Source of the DNA: the human T2T-CHM13v2.0 reference genome, Homo sapiens
Length of the DNA stretch: 64,000 nucleotides
Assembly (NCBI RefSeq): GCF_009914755.1
Contig: NC_060942.1
Reading direction: 5' to 3' (one strand)
Translations under genes and position numbers: made by a program
In this document: positions 62,492-64,000 of the stretch, piece by piece
How the letters are laid out: every line of letters starts with the position of its first letter
Numbering within the stretch: the stretch's first letter is position 1
Notes under the pieces: generated by a model
What the model was told of the DNA's origin: nothing
What the model saw: only the letters and a program-made list of their open reading frames with translations
The model's database searches: none

Positions 62492-64000
62492 TTTTTTTTT
62501 CTTTTTTCTTTCTTTCTTTATTATTATTATTATTTTTTATTATACTTTAAGTTCTAGGGTACATGTGCACAACGTGCAGGTTTGTTACATATGTATACAT
62601 GTACCATGTTGGTGTGCTGCACCCATTAACTCATCATTTATATTAGGTACATCTCCTAATGCTATCCCTCCTCCCTCCCCCCACCCCACAACAGGCACCG
62701 GTGTGTGATGTTCTGCTTCCTGTGTCCAAGTGTTCTCACTGTTCAATTCCCACCTATGAGTGAGAACATGCGGTGTTTGTTTTTTTGTCCTTGTGATAGT
62801 TTGCTGAGAATGATGGTTTCCAGCTTCATCCATGTACCTACGAGGGACATGAACTCATCCTTTACGGCTGCATAGTATTCCATGGTGTACATGCCACATT
62901 TTCTTAATCCAGTCTATCATTGATGGACATTTGAGTTGGTTCCAAGTCTTTGCTATTGTGAATAGTGCTGCAATGAACATACGTGTGCATGTGTCTTTAT
63001 AGCAGCATGATTTATAATCCTTTGGGTATATACCCAGCAATGGGATGGCTGGGTCAAATGGTATTTCTAGTTCTAGATCCCTGAGGAATCGCCACACTGT
63101 TTTCCACAATTGTTGAACTAGTTTACACTCCCACCAACAGTGTAAAAGTGTTCCTGTTTCTCCACATCCTCTCCAGCACCTGTTGTTTCCTGACTTTTTA
63201 AAGATCGCCATTCTAACTGGTATGAGATGGTATCTTATTGTGGTTTTGATTTGCATTTCTCTGATGGCCAGTGATGATGAACATTTTTTCACGTGTCTGT
63301 TGGCTGCAAAAATGTCTTCTTTTGAGAAGTGTCTGTTCATATCCTTCACCCACTTTTTGATGGGGTTGTTTGTTTTTTTCTTGTAAATTTGTTTGAGTTA
63401 TTTGTAGATTCTGGATATTAGCCCTTTGTCAGATGAGTAGATTGCAAAAATTTTCTCCCATTTTGTAGGTTGCCTGTTCACTCTGATGGTAGTTTCTGTT
63501 GCTGTGCAGTAGCTCTTTAGTTTAATTAGATCCCATTTGTCAATTTTGGCTTTTGTTACCATTGCTTTTGGTGTTTTAGTGATGAAGTCCTTGCCCATGC
63601 CTATGTCCTGTATGGTATTGCCTACGTTTTCTTCTAGGATTTTTATGGTTTTAGGTCTAACATTTAAGTCTTTAATCCATCTTGAATTAATTTTTGTATA
63701 AGGTGTAAGGAAGGGATCCAGTTTCAGCTTTCTACATATGGCTAGCCAGTTTTCCCAGCACCATTTGTTAAATAGGGGATCCTTTCCCCATTTCTTGTTT
63801 CTGTCAGGTTTGTCAAAGATCAGATGGTTGTAGATGTGTGGTATTATTTCTGAGGGCTCTGTTCTGTTCCATTCGTCTATATGTCTGTTTTGGTACCAGT
63901 ACCATGCTGTTTTGGTTACTGTAGCCTTGTAGTATAGTTTGAAGTCAGGTAGCGTGATACCTCCGGCTTTGTTCTTTTGGCTTAGGATTGACTTGTCAAT
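62492..64000 (-). mobile_element. L1PA5-like LINE-1 3' portion (runs off the window), ORF2 disrupted
   Basis: TTATACTTTAAGTTCTAGGGTACATGTGCACAACGTGCAGGTTTG 3'UTR. The ORF2 C-terminal fragments (63398-63598 and 62855-63349) show a premature stop after ISRIYK and a frameshift near 62890. Confidence 0.93.

Overview
AT-rich, repeat-dense primate (human or great-ape-like) genomic DNA, apparently intronic or intergenic. I found no host protein-coding exon, tRNA, rRNA or CRISPR array. The centrepiece is a full-length, minus-strand, L1PA2-like LINE-1 (body 20357-26361). Its 1275-aa ORF2 is uninterrupted, but ORF1 has three in-frame stops (R49X, K85X, R130X) and ORF0 has one (R25X). It also carries an N147S change in the endonuclease GDFN motif and has lost the in-frame stop in the inter-ORF spacer. 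Its tail holds two serial short 3' transductions, and it sits in the A-rich linker of a 5'-truncated AluY, with both target-site duplications (TSDs) readable. Other contents: a probable BC200 retrocopy, a two-LTR MER34-like ERV1 remnant with a tRNA-Ser-like PBS and a nested MER50-like LTR, solo LTRs, an old L1M with a large internal deletion, CR1/L3 and L2 relics, DNA-transposon fossils, a close inverted Alu pair, a 34-bp minisatellite and candidate enhancers, including a triple octamer cluster. Subfamily names and consensus comparisons come from memory, not database searches, and boundaries of old repeats are approximate.
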